Part shown: one piece after another, positions 1-18,261 of the stretch | How the letters are laid out: each line of letters starts with the position of its first letter | Position numbering within the stretch: position 1 is the stretch's first letter | Source of the DNA: Azolla caroliniana | Taxonomy: Eukaryota; Plantae; Polypodiophyta | Direction of reading: 5' to 3' | DNA: 64,000 nucleotides | Assembly: GCA_043228905.1 (NCBI GenBank) | Contig: JBHGNT010000020.1 | Span: 12,276,001-12,340,000, forward strand | Made by a program: the position numbers and the translations under genes | The notes under the pieces: model-generated | What the model saw: only the letters and a program-made list of their open reading frames with translations | What the model was told of the DNA's origin: nothing | The model's database searches: none

Positions 1-1112
1 ATGCTATGTGTTCAGCATCTCAACGTGCCACACTTGAGGGGGAGAACGGGCAAAGGCAAAGAGACTGTCGATTGCGCCGGTAAGGGAAAAACCGACAAGG
101 GGAGAGATAAGAAGAAGAAAGGAGCTGAGTCAACAGAGGAAGTTGACACATCCAAACAAGTCGGAACAAGCAGCAACGGTGGCAGAGTCAAGAAGGACAG
201 AGCTGCCAAGACCCGGACATGGTCCGATGTGGTGAAGGGCCTGGAACCGGAAACGAATCGGGAGTGACCGATTCGGACAAGAGCTGGAATGAATCGGAGA
301 CAATCGATTCAGTTCAACAAACGGATTCGGAAGAATCGGATCAATTCAAGGCCAAGATGATGAGAAGGCAGCGAAAGTCGATGCCAACACAAAGGAATCG
401 GCGAATCGGCAACACAAAGATGATGAGAAGGCAGCAAAAGTTGATGCCAACACAAAGGAATCGACGAAGTCACAACAGCAAGGGAGCTAAATTGGGCATG
501 TTGAGTAGACAAGCCGACCAAGGAGGTCGAGGTGCGCAGAATCAGAATGGTCGCGGCAAACGAAATCGGACCGGACCAGGAGCGCGATCGAGGCGGAGTG
601 ACGCCTGAAGGAGCCGGGTGGAAGGACCGGCTGCCATGGAGACTAACACTACGATCCGACCTCAAGTTGAGCTTGAGGGGGAGTGTTGAGCGACAAGCTC
701 AACCGGATCCAGATCGGCATCCGGAAGGATGAAGCCGGATCGGTGAGATGGATCGGCAAGCCGGTGAACAATTGAGCCGGTGAGCTGGGGAGCCGGTTAG
801 CTGGATCAAACAGTAACCGGAAGCCTAGTAGTAGCCTAGACTACTAGGTAGTTAATGTCTCATAGTTAGTGTCAGACGTTTGTATGAGCATTGAAGTACA
901 CCGTACTTCTGTCAGTCCGTACGGACTTGTATAAAAGTGTTCGTTGGACACATACGATGTACAAATTGAGTATTATTTTTTAATAGAGCTTCTGTGTGCT
1001 CTCTCTCTCACTCCCTGTCTCTCTCGCGTACTGTGTATATCCTAAGCTCTCCATTAAACCTGCGTTTCTGTGTTCTATTTTCTATTGCTTCCGCACAACG
1101 TATTCTTTTACA
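1..1112 (+). mobile_element. 3' end of a Ty1/copia LTR retrotransposon (RNase H tail, ~640-bp 3' region, PPT, 3' LTR ~684-1112); 5' part is outside the window
   Basis: ORF 1-267 begins MLCV...LRG, like a copia RNase H end. Purine tract CTTGAGGGGGAG (672-683) is directly followed by TGTTG at 684. A TATA-like TGTATAAAA (~928) and CT-rich tract follow. Right end ...TTTTACA at ~1112 is approximate. Confidence 0.6.
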
Positions 1113-1130
1113 ACCTCCGAAGACGATAAT

Positions 1131-1134
<4 letters not shown>

Positions 1135-1176
<42 letters not shown>
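1135..1176. repeat. (CT)n microsatellite
   Basis: Direct reading. Confidence 0.95.
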
Positions 1177-1179
<3 letters not shown>

Positions 1180-1799
1180 CAACAACTCTTGCCATTATGG
1201 AATGTAGGGGTTGAACCCATGACGTTCAGGACTCCATTGGGCTACTCTTTATCTATCTATTTATTTCTCTCTCACTCTTAGAGAGACAATGCCACCAGGC
1301 ATATACTTTCAAGAGCCACAGACTAAGGGATGGCTCTTTGACTCATCAGGGACCCCTTCCCTCATGTATGCATCAATGGTTTGGGCTCCAGGGCTACTAT
1401 ATTTCATGTGGACGCAATTAGAGAGACCATTCGTGACGATGTTATCGCGTCAACTCGGAAGCAAATCAATAGTACCACATGACATTATTAAAGTAGAGCT
1501 TACTTTACCCCCGATGTTAGTAGAAACGCTTTTCCAACTTGTAGTTTTTATTCATAGGATACATAACCAACCACAAGAAAGGATATCTCATCAAGCTTTT
1601 GAGGCATTCTTGATCACTTTATCAGTTCGGAGATACTAGCTCTTGGTATAGCATTAGGGTGAGTTGGCTTCTTGCAAATGGCCTAGACATTAATAACCTA
1701 CCTCCCATTAGGTACAACCATGAGACTGATAACACTTTAATCTCTCATGAGGAGGGTAATAGAAATATGGCAATTTTACACTCGATATAGATGGATCAA

Positions 1800-2400
1800 C
1801 CCACTAGAGTCACTCCCATCTAAAATGTTATACTACAAGGAACACTTCATGCACTTCTCTAAGTTAGGTTTTATTACATGACCAAAATATCTAGATACGT
1901 TCTTACCAAATGTACTAAGGGTTGCGATTGGACAACTTAGAATATCATCTCACCATCTTGAGATTGAGAATTGTCGTACTAGTGGAGTCCATAAAGAGGA
2001 AATGATATGTAGATTATGTCACATGGAGATAGAGGATGAGTATCACTTTTCATGCAAGTGTCCAACTTACGCTGAGATAAGGGCAAAATACCAAGACATA
2101 CTCGGACCCTCTCCCACCCTCTCCAAACTATTAGATACTCCAGATATAAAGAAATTAGGTAGATATATCTTAGAGCTAAAACAACATAGAGAGAATAAGC
2201 TACAAAATGTTAACAATAACCTTTCTAATATTCACCAACATGTAACCATTGAAATTTTCAGGGATAGAGGGAGACAACGAATATGGACACACTTGCACCA
2301 CTCGGCCTCTCTCTTGTTGAATAAAAAAACCAAAGAACAACCAAATGTCCTTGGATGTCAGGCTTCAAAGCAACTCGACGTGGTGTAGAAGCAATTCAAA
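1800..2400 (+). pseudogene. Degenerate non-LTR retrotransposon (RTE/RTE-X-like LINE) C-terminal zinc-finger region
   Basis: LRISSHHLEIE followed by ICRLCHMEIEDEYHFSCKCPTY, the CxxC..EDExHF...C motif typical of RTE-type LINE ORF ends. Upstream frame is broken. Confidence 0.7.
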
Positions 2401-2959
2401 AGATAAGGGAGTGTGAGTTACACCACCTAGAATGTATGGTTGCGGTACCTTTTGCATTGGGACCACACACCACACCCATGTCGAAACCCGTTGACCTCCC
2501 ACTTCTTTTTGAGAGACTTGGATGGAAATGAAACTAGGCCTAGTACAATGTCATTTCCTTTGTAGAACATGTTGCACCGTAACACATTTTGTACAATACT
2601 AGAACTCTTTTAACTTAAGTTCTATTTTATTTTATTTTTATGATTGGATAAACACCCTATTTTGTTGTAAACCAATTGTCTTATGGGCCAATTTCGGCCT
2701 TAGAAGACGTTAATATATTTTTCTTTCTCCCTTCTCTCTCCTCCTCCAAGAACTCTTTCCTTGGGTTCATCATAGCATGGATTTGTGGAATGTAGGGGTT
2801 GAACCCATGACCTTGTGCCACCTATTTTCCATTGGCAACCCTCTCTCTCTCTCTCTCATTTCTCTCTCTTCCTCCAACAACTATTTCCTTGGGTTCAACA
2901 TACCATGGATCTTGAGTGTACATAGAAAACCCGTCTATTATTTATGTGGACTTGGGATG

Positions 2960-3680
2960 GGCTGATCAGGACATCTGAATCATTGACATCACCTCCCGCT
3001 CACATTCCTTCCTCTCTGACAACTCTCTCTTCTTTGGGTCATCACGTGAGGAATTCTTCTTCCTCTTCCTTGGGTGAACCAATGAGACATCTGATCATCT
3101 ACATCACAAACCACTTTCATTCCTTCCTCTTAGATAACTCTTCCTTGGGTCATCACATGAGGGATTGCACACAAAAAACAATGTTTATGCAAGTCAAGGT
3201 GAACAACGGAGCATCTGATTGTCTGTACATCATGAACAACTTTCATTGCTTTCTCTTGAACAACTCTTCCTTGGGTCATCACACGAGGGATTGCACGTAG
3301 AAATCATGTTTATGCAGATCAGGGTGAACTTATGGGGCATTTGATCATCTACATCACAAATCACTTTCACCCCTTCCTCTCAAGCAACTTTTCCTTGGGT
3401 CATCTCATGAGGGATTGCATGCAAAAAATGTGTCTATACGGATCAGAGTGAACCAATGGGGGCAACCGATCATATACATCTCATTGCTTTCATTCGTTTA
3501 TCTTAGACAAATCTCACCTTGGATCACACAAAAACTATATTTATGTGAGTCATGGGTGAGTGAACATGAGGGGGTCTTTCAAACCATTCATGGCCTTTCC
3601 TCGTGAACTCTTCCTATGATAGATGAGATGGTCACACAGAGAATTGTATTTATGCGAATTGGGTGAGTGAAAGGGAAGTT
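2960..3680. repeat. Degenerate tandem array, ~125-bp unit, ~5 copies
   Basis: AACTC(T)TTCCTTGGGTCATCACATGAGGGATTGCA...TGTTTATGCA...GGTGAAC recurs at ~3021, 3136, 3262, 3386 and 3510. Confidence 0.8.
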
Positions 3681-5394
3681 TGATTATCCTTCCTAAACCC
3701 TTGCCTTTTTTGCATTGAAAACTAGCCAATGGGACAATATTTGATGCATACTTTTGCTAAGTGCTCTAGATAGACCCCTTTGATAGAGGTGTATGACATA
3801 TCAAATTCATAGTAATTCCAAGTTTGCTCACACTAGTATTGATTCTACATCCCTGTTATCAACAAGGTATGCAATTGATGTAGTTTCATAATGAGCTTTG
3901 CCATGATTCATCAAACTCTCTTCTTCTTCTTTTGTAAAAAAAATACTCATGTTAAAACATCTAGATGATACAAAAAACTCTTGTTGTTTCACATGCAACA
4001 ATGAGATTATTGTGGCAACATAAACCCTTTAAAGTGTAAGACTAGTTGACATAAGGTGACAATGTATTATCAAATTTGAGTACAATTCGTCCATTCAAGG
4101 TTCACATTGAATTTGACCTTCAAAAGACATTGTTTTGGGTGTGGGAACACCACATAAAACCATCATGATGGATGATACTTGCCATGCTTATCTATTGTTT
4201 CCATGGGATTTGGATATAAGTCATGTTTAATAATATATCGCATAGGGTGTAATTCAAAATTTGTATAAAATTTAAAATTCACATCAAATTGATTTAGGTA
4301 CAATTCATGCATCACATTGCTAAGGTGTAATTCAAAATTCAAATAACATTAAGGATCCGTAGTACCCATACAAGTTATATCATTGCATTGGTTGAACGTG
4401 CCTCCAAAATTTATGGATATTGAAGGATACAATAACATAGTAATCATGCTCAAAGTCGAGAGATCCAAGAAGGTGTTGCAGGCGTATGTACAAGAGCAAT
4501 ATTAAAATTGTGTTCGAGAACTATTACTATGTTTGTGGCCCGAAGGCATTGCCCCACATGTCAACAACATGAATATGTTAGGTATCCCTTTGATGCAAAA
4601 AACCCTTGTCATCCCTACTAATGCATATGAGGATCTTATAGGAAGCTAAACCCTCACAAGTGATGTAAAACCGGGTTGCATTAAAACCAACTCTTTTGAG
4701 GACAAAAAGCCAGCATAGCTCAATCACATTCAACCTATATACTCCATGTAGATCATCAAACAAGAATCCATTTTTTATGCTCTATTTGTACTATAGACGC
4801 CAATTATGAAGGTAATCAAACATTGCCTTATATGATGGGTCACTATGGAGGGTGAAGCTCTAGCTTCATCAGTGAAAACACATTGAAATCAGAAAACAAG
4901 ATCATAAATAGTTAATGAAGCCCAAAGTTGTGATACAACAAAGCATGTAGGAAATTTGTGCTTGTGCCACCTCATTGACTATACAAAATGTGTTGACGCC
5001 ACATGTGACCCACACCCACCAACATTGCCCACAAAATAAATGCTTCAACAAAATGAAGGGTGAGATGATCATCATGCATCTAACCCTTTGCACCAAACAT
5101 TACCCTCATGCCAATGTTTAAGGAAAATAATGTCACATTCTATGTAATAGCATGACTTTCATGTAATATCTCTACGTATGTAATAGCATTGATTCATTAT
5201 GCCATTTTATGTTGAGCAACAAATGACCATGCATGAGACTTCAAATACACAAATATATCTATGATTGAATCCAATATACACACAAACTCTAAGAAGGTGA
5301 GAAACTCTCCTTCACACTGTAATCATAACTATACTCCCATCTCTAAATAACATTTCTCCCTTGCTCTCTCAAAACTAGTGAAAAACTATAATTA

Positions 5395-5426
<32 letters not shown>

Positions 5427-6861
5427 TAAGGCCGTCAAACATACAAATTTAAGGTTGTTTAGGGATTCCATAAAATCATACCTTTCAGCCTTGCACTACA
5501 CAATCTCATACAATGAGCAATGTTATTAATGAGATGAATTGAGACAGAAAACAGCAAAGTAGTTTTGATGTCACACTTAATATTATAAAGTAACTTTTAT
5601 GTTTTTTCCCAATCAACCAACATTACATGGAAGAAAAGTTTACTTTGGCAAAAGTGCAAGTATCACTATATGTGTATATTTTATTCTATACTCAAGTTTT
5701 ATGTATAAACACAATGCAGTATTCTTTACATCACTGATGTGTAATTTAAACGATCCTTTGAACCTGAACTGCCATTTAATGAATCATTACACAATAAATC
5801 AATTTCAAGTTTAACAGCTTTAAAATATATAGAAAAATATAAGTCTACAAAATTAATACGAAGACATGAGCAATAAAACTTGTGATCTGGATTTATTTAA
5901 CATATTGGGAGGTGTTATAGTTTATGATGTATGAATTAATTTATATTGTACAATGACCCTATAATTCATGTAAGTAGCTTAGGTCATGTTTCAAGCTTGG
6001 CAATCCAAATGGTTAATCTGCCAAGCTAAATAAAAAACTCTTACAATTTCAATATGTATTGAAAGTGAAAATCTATCTTCTCAATTAGCAATGACATAAT
6101 CTTGTGAAGTTGAACTTTCACATTTTTCATGCTCTTTTTCCTCTTGAATGCATATGATTTAGAATTTCCCATTAGGCCAATTTAATTCATTCTGTCTTGA
6201 AATGCCCATATTATACTTCATGCCTTCAAGATAGATAAAGAGTTTAACTACGGCTAAGGAATGCTAGCATTTTTATCATTAAAAGCCTCTTCAAATGGCC
6301 TCATTATACCACATGCCTTTAAAAGATAGATAATGAGATTAACTACATTTGGAGAAATGCTAGCCCTATTTTAACACTTTGACCTTGAAGACTCTATCCA
6401 TGGCTTAACCACTTGGTTTAATGTTCAGCACCCAAGATATTTTTATTGCCAAGCTTATGCGAATATCATAATTCAATATATTTTAAAATGTACAAAGTAC
6501 AAAGGCAAATGAATAATCTTTTATCATCTTTGCATATCTTGTATTGAACAGGTTACAAATTTGAATGTATTGGTTACAACATCAAGCTCTATGATGGCTT
6601 TCACAATGATTATTCTTCACTATGATGATTTACAAACATATTTCTTCGCACAACTCTCCACATTATGGTTGGATTAAGTTTCTAACCCCATAGTTTCACA
6701 TGGTTGAATGAATTGGTTAAGATATTGTCATGCAAGCAATTTCATTCTTCTTTGGAGTTCCATGGCTTTATCTCTATTTTCTATGAAGCCAATGAAGTTT
6801 CTTCTATGGGCAACCATTGATGCCTTTATATGGGGTTAAATTTTACTCACAGTAACAAAGA

Positions 6862-10924
<4,063 letters not shown>

Positions 10925-13900
10925 CTCAGCCTCTTAAGCCACCAAATAAATAGTATGGTAACTAACTATATTGAGCCAATGTCGTAGATATAGATCTCTT
11001 TTTTTTTGCAGGTATAGCTATGGAGGGGTACCAACCGTCATGAATGCATCAATAATTTCATGATGAAATATGGTGTGGATTTAGAGATGTATGTACATAT
11101 CAGAACATCTGTTGTGCATATGACAACGGACTCCCCTGTTCTGATGCACTGTTTTATATGAAGCTTCTCTAGAAGCTTCTTGGAAATTTCTTGGAAGATC
11201 TACCTGTCTCTGTATATATTTTAGATCATAATAATAAATAAACACAAATATACCCCATCAAATACTATCATTTTTGGACTTGGGGAACAAGAAGCAGGAA
11301 AACTTAAACAATATTTAGTGGAAAAATAAATAAATAAAAATTAGAACCATTTATTTAAATAATGGGTTTTGATTAGAGTTTCCCTTTTTTTTTAATTCCT
11401 TTTTTTTAATTTGTTTTTTTTTCTCTCTCTAATTAAATGAATTGGTTTATTTTCAACTGCATGCGACTTCCATTAAAAAAATTGAAATCTTTTTTTTTCC
11501 TGCAATGTTTTGTTGTTTTTTTTTTTTTCTTGACTTATTAATTCAGTTTTTTATTTTTATTTTATTCCTATTTCATGTCATATCATTTCATTTATTTTAC
11601 ATTATTATTTAAACAGAGAGGCTGGACATTGAAAGGGCAAAGAATGAAGTAAAAATCAGAAGAAGAAGAAGAAGAAGAATGGAGACATAGCTAGCTAGCT
11701 GCAGGGTATTTTCCTGCTGCTTTTTTTTCAAACCAAAAGTTTTTGCTTTCACACTCTATGAGCACAATATGTATTTTATTGCTGCTTTTTTTTTTGTGTT
11801 GGTTTGTTTTTTTCCAAGCTGAAGATTTTGGTTTCACACCTGGCCATATGTTCTGCTGCATGTTGGGCACCCTAAACCATCCACATTGGCATGGGCCCCC
11901 CCAAGTGCCTTGTCCAAGTACGCATGTCGCCCTAGGAAAATTTGGCCTCCCTATTGTCCACTCGCTCCTCTTTGAAAGGATAGAGTTAGTTACTAAGACC
12001 CACCTGCGTGTGACCAAAATACCGCTAAAACTTACAGGAAGCCACAAGCACACGGCATCATCTCTTATTCCCCCGGATTTCATTCCTTGTACCACGTATT
12101 TTCTCCGAACCAACAAGAGAGGGGGGGGAGGGGTCCCACAAGTCCGAAGCAACCATTTCATAGGGTAAGGACACCTCTTTCCCCGATACGCACCAAGATA
12201 TTCACCGCGTAAAAGTTTAAGTATGGGCAAAATGTTGTTACTCTTACACCATCTTCTTTCTCTCTCTCTCTCTCTCTCTCTCTGTGTCTCGTATGTATAA
12301 ATTATATGCCCATGTCCGAACTGACACGTGCAAGACTTTTTATATGTCTCTTTAATCACCTCGTTGGTTTCCTCACACACATACGCATTTCTGTTGCTTT
12401 TTATTTTTTATCATGTGTACGCGCTTTCGTAATGCTGGGCTTTGTTCCACTCGCTAACCCATGACTCTTTATTTTAAGGCCTCGTTCGCCCTTATGCCCA
12501 CTCCGACTTTCGACAATCTCGTTATATTTTACACGAGACAATGTATTTTTTGTCGTGGTTTTCTAAGTGCCTCTTGTACTTCTTGCTTATTTCAATATTC
12601 TTTCAAGCGTGGAAAGGAGAAATACAACTCGGTATAGCTTCCGACTTCCCGACAAAACTATGTTCCCAACAAATTTTAGAGAAAAAATGGGGGGGGGGGG
12701 TTTATTAATAGACTCTCAAAGCTTTTGCATAAAGCTGTCATTAATAGTGACTGATCAAATGTTATGCGCGTCCAACTTTTGTTTCGTGTACGTGTTGTAA
12801 AGTTTGCTTCAAGTGTTTTTAACAATAAGTACATTGTACAAGATTTGTTAAGCAAAGAAGGTTGCTTTATGTGAGCATTGCGCGAAACCGTGACAAACAT
12901 TGTAATACACACAATGTTTTATTCAGATACAACTCGACCGGTTCATACTTTTATGCAATGCAAGACCTGCTTTTGGATTATAAAAAAATAATACGTTCAC
13001 GGGAAACAACCCCAAACTTTGCAATCACCAAACATAGAATACGTTTTTAATGTGGGTGCAAATGAAATTGTCTTTATTAACATTGGAGATTTTTTAAAGA
13101 AAGAAGACCATGCATGTGTGGGAAGACAATACATATAAGAGAATATAGGCTTATGTTAATTGAATATTCTATACCATCATCATGATTCACAAGTATATTA
13201 TCCATGGATTTGCACGTTATTCTGAATACATTATGTAATATAGACACTCATTTACCAATGGGACTAAATGAAACCTCTCTCTTTCTCTCATGTTTATAAT
13301 TTACGTGCTAGCTTAACTCAATGCAAGGTTGTGCTCATAGATGAAATAAATATATGTATGACATATTCAATGTCGTAGCTAATGTTGATTATGAATGTTC
13401 ACGACTCTGAAACTTTGTACATATGTTTTGTTGCTAGGATTAAAAAAACCACTTTGAATGTGCCACATAAGAGTAGCGAGACTTTGAAGCAATGGTAGTT
13501 TGCATTTTCACACCACTTTACGTATTAATCAACATACGGGTCATGTTTAAGGGATGGATGTTTAGGTAAAGTGGGTTTTTTTTGTTTGCATACTCACAAG
13601 TGTTTGAAACCCTGGTCAATACGTATGTATATACACATATGCAAGTATGAATTCCCATAAACATTTGCCAAATAGTAATACCATCATGCTTTATATATGC
13701 ATGTTGTTATCATTTAATTGGATGTAATAATGGGCATGTTTTTGTATAGTTATGGTACAAATAACTAGGTTATTGGAGTTGTTTGGATACGTTTGTTGAA
13801 AATGAGGTGGGGACTATGTCCGCTTTGGTGGGAAGGCCAGAGTGAGGGCTGTTGAGAGGAATTTTGAGAGTTCTATGATGTAAATTTGTTTGCTAACTAA

Positions 13901-14506
13901 TGCGAAGCAATATTTTTTTGGAAAAAAAAAAAGAATCCTCTGGAGTCCTAACATTATTGTGATCCACTTTATGAGGAATTTTATCATTGACCATGGTGGC
14001 AATGAAATGTATGAAGGTTCCTTGCAACTTATCATTGAAATGCTTATGCTCTAGGATCCCCACATCTTAGAATATAAATGATTGTAGATGTTATTGTCTT
14101 CGCTCACTTCTAAAAGGTCAAATTGCCCTCATTGTCAAAGCAATATCTAAAGCCCTACAATTAGTGGACATGGGATACCTAGCTATGTTCCTGATATGAA
14201 GTGTATCATTGACCCAATAAAGAGACACTTCCATTCACCTTTTGAAAGTGATTATATATGCGAACGTAGGGTGGTTTATGCAATGACTAAATTGTGTCTC
14301 ATCAAATTTCATATCTATTAATATAACATATTGTAAATGAGCAACGAGTACTACATTTGATGCCCTAAACCCACTTTCAAGGACCAAATTGTTAATTGAT
14401 TTAAAGTTTGTTCTATGGGATGATTACAATGAAACTTGGATTGTTTAAAAGTTGTGGTAACTAAACTTTAAAACATTCATTGTTCTTGTGAAGCTGAAGT
14501 TATTTT

Positions 14507-14652
14507 GAGCTGGTCCTATGACATGATTTAAGTGTATATTGTTGTATTCCATATGGAGTTGGCTCTATGACATTATTAAAGCGTATCTCATTATATTTCA
14601 CATTGAGTTGGCACTACGGCATGATCAAAGTGTATCTCATTGTATTCCATAA
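14507..14652. repeat. Short degenerate tandem repeat, ~50-bp unit x3
   Basis: GAG(C/T)TGG..CTATGACAT.AT..AAG.GTAT.TC.TTGTATTCCA recurs three times. Confidence 0.7.
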
Positions 14653-16679
14653 TTAACAAATATTTGATTGTTCTAGACTTTAACCCACAATCTTAATGTT
14701 GTTATATGATTGAGTTTTATTTTTTTATTTTTTTATTTTTTTTTCCAAAACATGATTTAGTTTTATTATATAAGCTAGTATAAACAAAGATTTATGAGGA
14801 AATCTAATTGATCTTATGTGGTGCATCTCTTTTCATTGTGTGTAACATATAATTTCTTGTCACTATTGACATATTCGTTGCATTTTGATGATAAATTGAT
14901 CATGAAACGCATTCCTTTGTAATCATGCACTTCTCACCATATTAACATCTTTATACTAGGATCATTATTACAAAGACCACTTACGTGGTAGTGGACATTT
15001 GAATTTCTTTAAGAATCAAATTGGTCCGATTATGATTTGCTTTATAAATTATTTCTAGTATCAAATTGGCATCACATGGATTACTAGTCATACCATGCTC
15101 TTTGTTGATATTCTTAGATGACACTTTGATATTTTATATGGTTCATTGTGAGCCCCATACTAATCATAGCACAAATTATTTGATGTATTTGTCAATAAAT
15201 CAATGTCACAAATTAAATGCAAGTCAATAGGTGGTGTAAGTAAGATCATTGCTACATAAACATTAGGAGGTACAACTAGACTGGGGCAACATTGAGGGCC
15301 AAGATAAAGCGTATATGATATCCAAAAGAACCTTATAGCATAGGACTAATGAAAATGTGAGGGAGGCTAAAAACCTAAATGAGATGTATAAACTTTTACA
15401 CGTATTTTCCTTTCGGTCATAGGTTGTTATGCTTACCTTGTAAAATCAAACACGAATCTATGATGGCCTTGGTAGACATGGGAGTGCGTATCTCAACCAT
15501 TTCATTGGGGACATGATTTTTATTGGATCCTCTCCACATAGTCACTGTATGGGGTAGCCTATTCTATTTGAGTGGCATGAAAAAACCTCATGATAAAATG
15601 CAATGTTGAGACACTCATCAACACTCTAATTGAGAACAAGAGTCAAGACCGACTCAAAGAATAAAATAAAGAAAAGAAGAGGGAAATAAGGGACAATGTA
15701 AGTGTATTAACATAAAAACCAAGATTAGAAGAGTATGCCAAAGATTGACGATGAACCATACTTCATCAATAAATCAAAGCACATGCATAAATTTAATGGT
15801 TTAATCCATACATATTTTTCATCTTTCGTCCATGCATGATTATCACTTGTCATTCATGCAAGCATGCCATTTGGTGATCATGCATTAGCATGTGCAAGGG
15901 TGGTGGCATCTTGTAATATTAAGTTCATAACCTAAACTTTTAATAAAAAGTTACAAAATAAATACTATATGTAAAAGAACTATTAGAAACAAGGGAGTAA
16001 TTGATGCCCCTTTTTCTTTACCAAAACGTGTCGCTCATTGTCGCAAACAACGTACAACATGCATCCTAACCGTGTCACTTAGTGATGCATGCAAAATCTA
16101 TGTGATGTTTCCACACTGGAATACTTTGCATAACGACATTTTTCAAAATGGGACCTACACACAAAGTATCTAAATATTCCCCTCCCCCATTGAGAAGCAA
16201 TGAATAGAACGATGCCTCAAAAAGTTGACTATTCCTCATCGTTATTTACGACAAGACCTACGCACAAGTATGTAGGTGTTAGGGTTAGGGTTTGTTGTGA
16301 CTTACACAAAAAAACAAACAGGCATACACATTCATGATGAAATTCAAATGCAACTTCGTGAAGGGCCAAAGTGATTTAGTCCCCCTCATGATGAACATTG
16401 TAAGGTCAAGAAGAATACATTCTCAAATGGTGTATAGTTTTAAATGTTTGGTAAATTTTTCCCATGTTCTTTTTCTTTATTATTGTATATCCTTTTAAAT
16501 TGTTGCCTAATGAGTTCCATAAAAGTGTCCTATATAGTCCCTTAACTAACTATTAGTAATACATAACAAACTAATGATTATCAAAAGAATAAGAGGTTAC
16601 GGAGAAGAATGATTCTCGAGGGTGTTGGAGAAGGAGATTTCCGTCTGACTGAAATCTTGAATCTATTCTAACAAATTTG

Positions 16680-17260
16680 ATCAACTTGAGGTCTTCAAAA
16701 AAGGTGAGATCAAGGATGTTGTTGAAGACAAATGACAACCAATAGTAGAATGAAGATCCTCTGCTCTGATACCAAATGTTGTGGACAGAGACCGTCAGTG
16801 TGAAAACAAGGACAACAGTACTTGTTGAAGAACAATTAGTTGATGTAAACAATATCAACTTGAGGTCTTCAAAAAAGGTGAGATCAAGGATGTTGTTGAA
16901 GACAAATGACGGCCGGTAGCAGAATGAAGACCCTTTGCTCTGATACCATATGTTGTGGACAGAGACCGTCAATGTGGAAACAAGGACAACGCTACTTGTT
17001 GAAGAACGACGAGTTGATGTAAACAATATCAACAAGGAGTCTAACATATTGAGCAACCAAGACAACTGAAACAAATATCAAGATCAACCAAGTGCAGTAG
17101 GGAGAGAAACACAGATACATATAGGCACAATGGTGTAACTGTATTATTCGAAACCAAAGTTACAAAGAATGGCGGCAACCAACATCTAGTTACATACTCA
17201 GTTATATGCTAACCGAGTTAGGGAAACTACCCTTTGATCATATTACAAATATGTCCTAGA
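16680..17260 (-). mobile_element. Remnant 5' LTR/PBS junction of an LTR retrotransposon, tandemly duplicated (174-bp unit x2)
   Basis: GCTCTGATACCA (minus-strand tRNA-iMet PBS TGGTATCAGAGC) at 16763-16774 and 16937-16948, each followed after 2 nt by an LTR end TGTTG (16777, 16951). Outer LTR boundary is uncertain. Confidence 0.7.
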
Positions 17261-17299
17261 CTAGTTTGTCCAAATCGGACAATGTGAATACGGCCATTA

Positions 17300-18261
17300 T
17301 ACACTTGTATTCAACAGAGGGCAACTCAACTAGATATTTGGGATGCCAAGTAGGTTTGAGTATTTCTATTGAAAATCAAGTTGCTCCTTTGCTATTGGAA
17401 ATCATTGAAAATTTGTTATTTTGGAGTAAAGATAAACTTCTAGTGCTAACAATCAATCAAGTTCTTTTGTCTAGTCTTTGGTATATTAAGTCATGTTGGA
17501 GTTTTTCTAGATCATGTATGGGACAATTACAATGATTGATATGGAATAAATTGTGGCCCATTTTTTCCACAACATCTCAAACAATTTTGGAAATGGGTGT
17601 GGGGTATAAAAATGAGTAGAAAAATTGTTTGTTTCCGTTGGTTGTTGGTTCATAAACCTATATCAGTTAATGGGTGGGGAAAAGGGAATGTAAACAACAT
17701 GTGCCATTTCTGTATGGATCTAGTAGAGTCTGCTATGTTTGTGGAGTTGTGGTTTTGCTATGGACATATGGAAACGAATCATAACATTATTAATACCAGT
17801 ATATACTCGAGCAATGTATACATAGGGGGTGGTGTTACAAGATAAACCTAGTATGGTATAAGAACAAGAGGTGGTTGCAGATGCTATTGTGATGAGACAT
17901 GGTTTGGTGGAAATTTTTTTGATACCTTTGAATTCACAAATAGAGACTAATAAACCACAAATATGGCAATTGTTAAGTAGTATTACAATTTGGTATATTT
18001 TTGAAGGCTCGATGTTTGAAGGTATTTCAAAGTGTGATTGAAAGACCTACCCAAATAAATTATGGGATTTGGACAGAGATTGTGCATAATCTCAAAGGTT
18101 TGTTGGATAGTATAAAAGGTAATACGCAACAAGCAGAGGTTAAGCAATTGGAGTTTCATGCCATTTGGGACATAGGTATATTTTATAGACGGCTTTCTAG
18201 TAAGGTGGAGTGCTTTTACTCTACACCAAAGTATTTATTTAAGCCAATGGTTAGAATTTAG
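17300..18261 (+). pseudogene. Degenerate L1-type LINE 3' portion (RT thumb + zf-RVT)
   Basis: RYLGCQVG...INQVLLSSLWY, KIVCFRWLLVHK...CHFC and IWYILKARCLKVF are typical plant L1 ORF2 C-terminal motifs; multiple stops and frameshifts. Confidence 0.7.

Noticed and set aside
3700-5150. Possible highly decayed transposon coding sequence
   Set aside because: Coding-like texture but no motif I can identify
11691-12380. 229-aa and 141-aa ORFs upstream of ECA
   Set aside because: They run through microsatellite and homopolymer tracts with no domain motif; probably promoter or intergenic DNA
16278-16293. Telomere-like TTAGGG x2
   Set aside because: Only two units; common chance or telo-box-like motif
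16571-17074. 167-aa ORF with an internal repeat
   Set aside because: Artefact of the 174-bp (58-codon) LTR/PBS duplication
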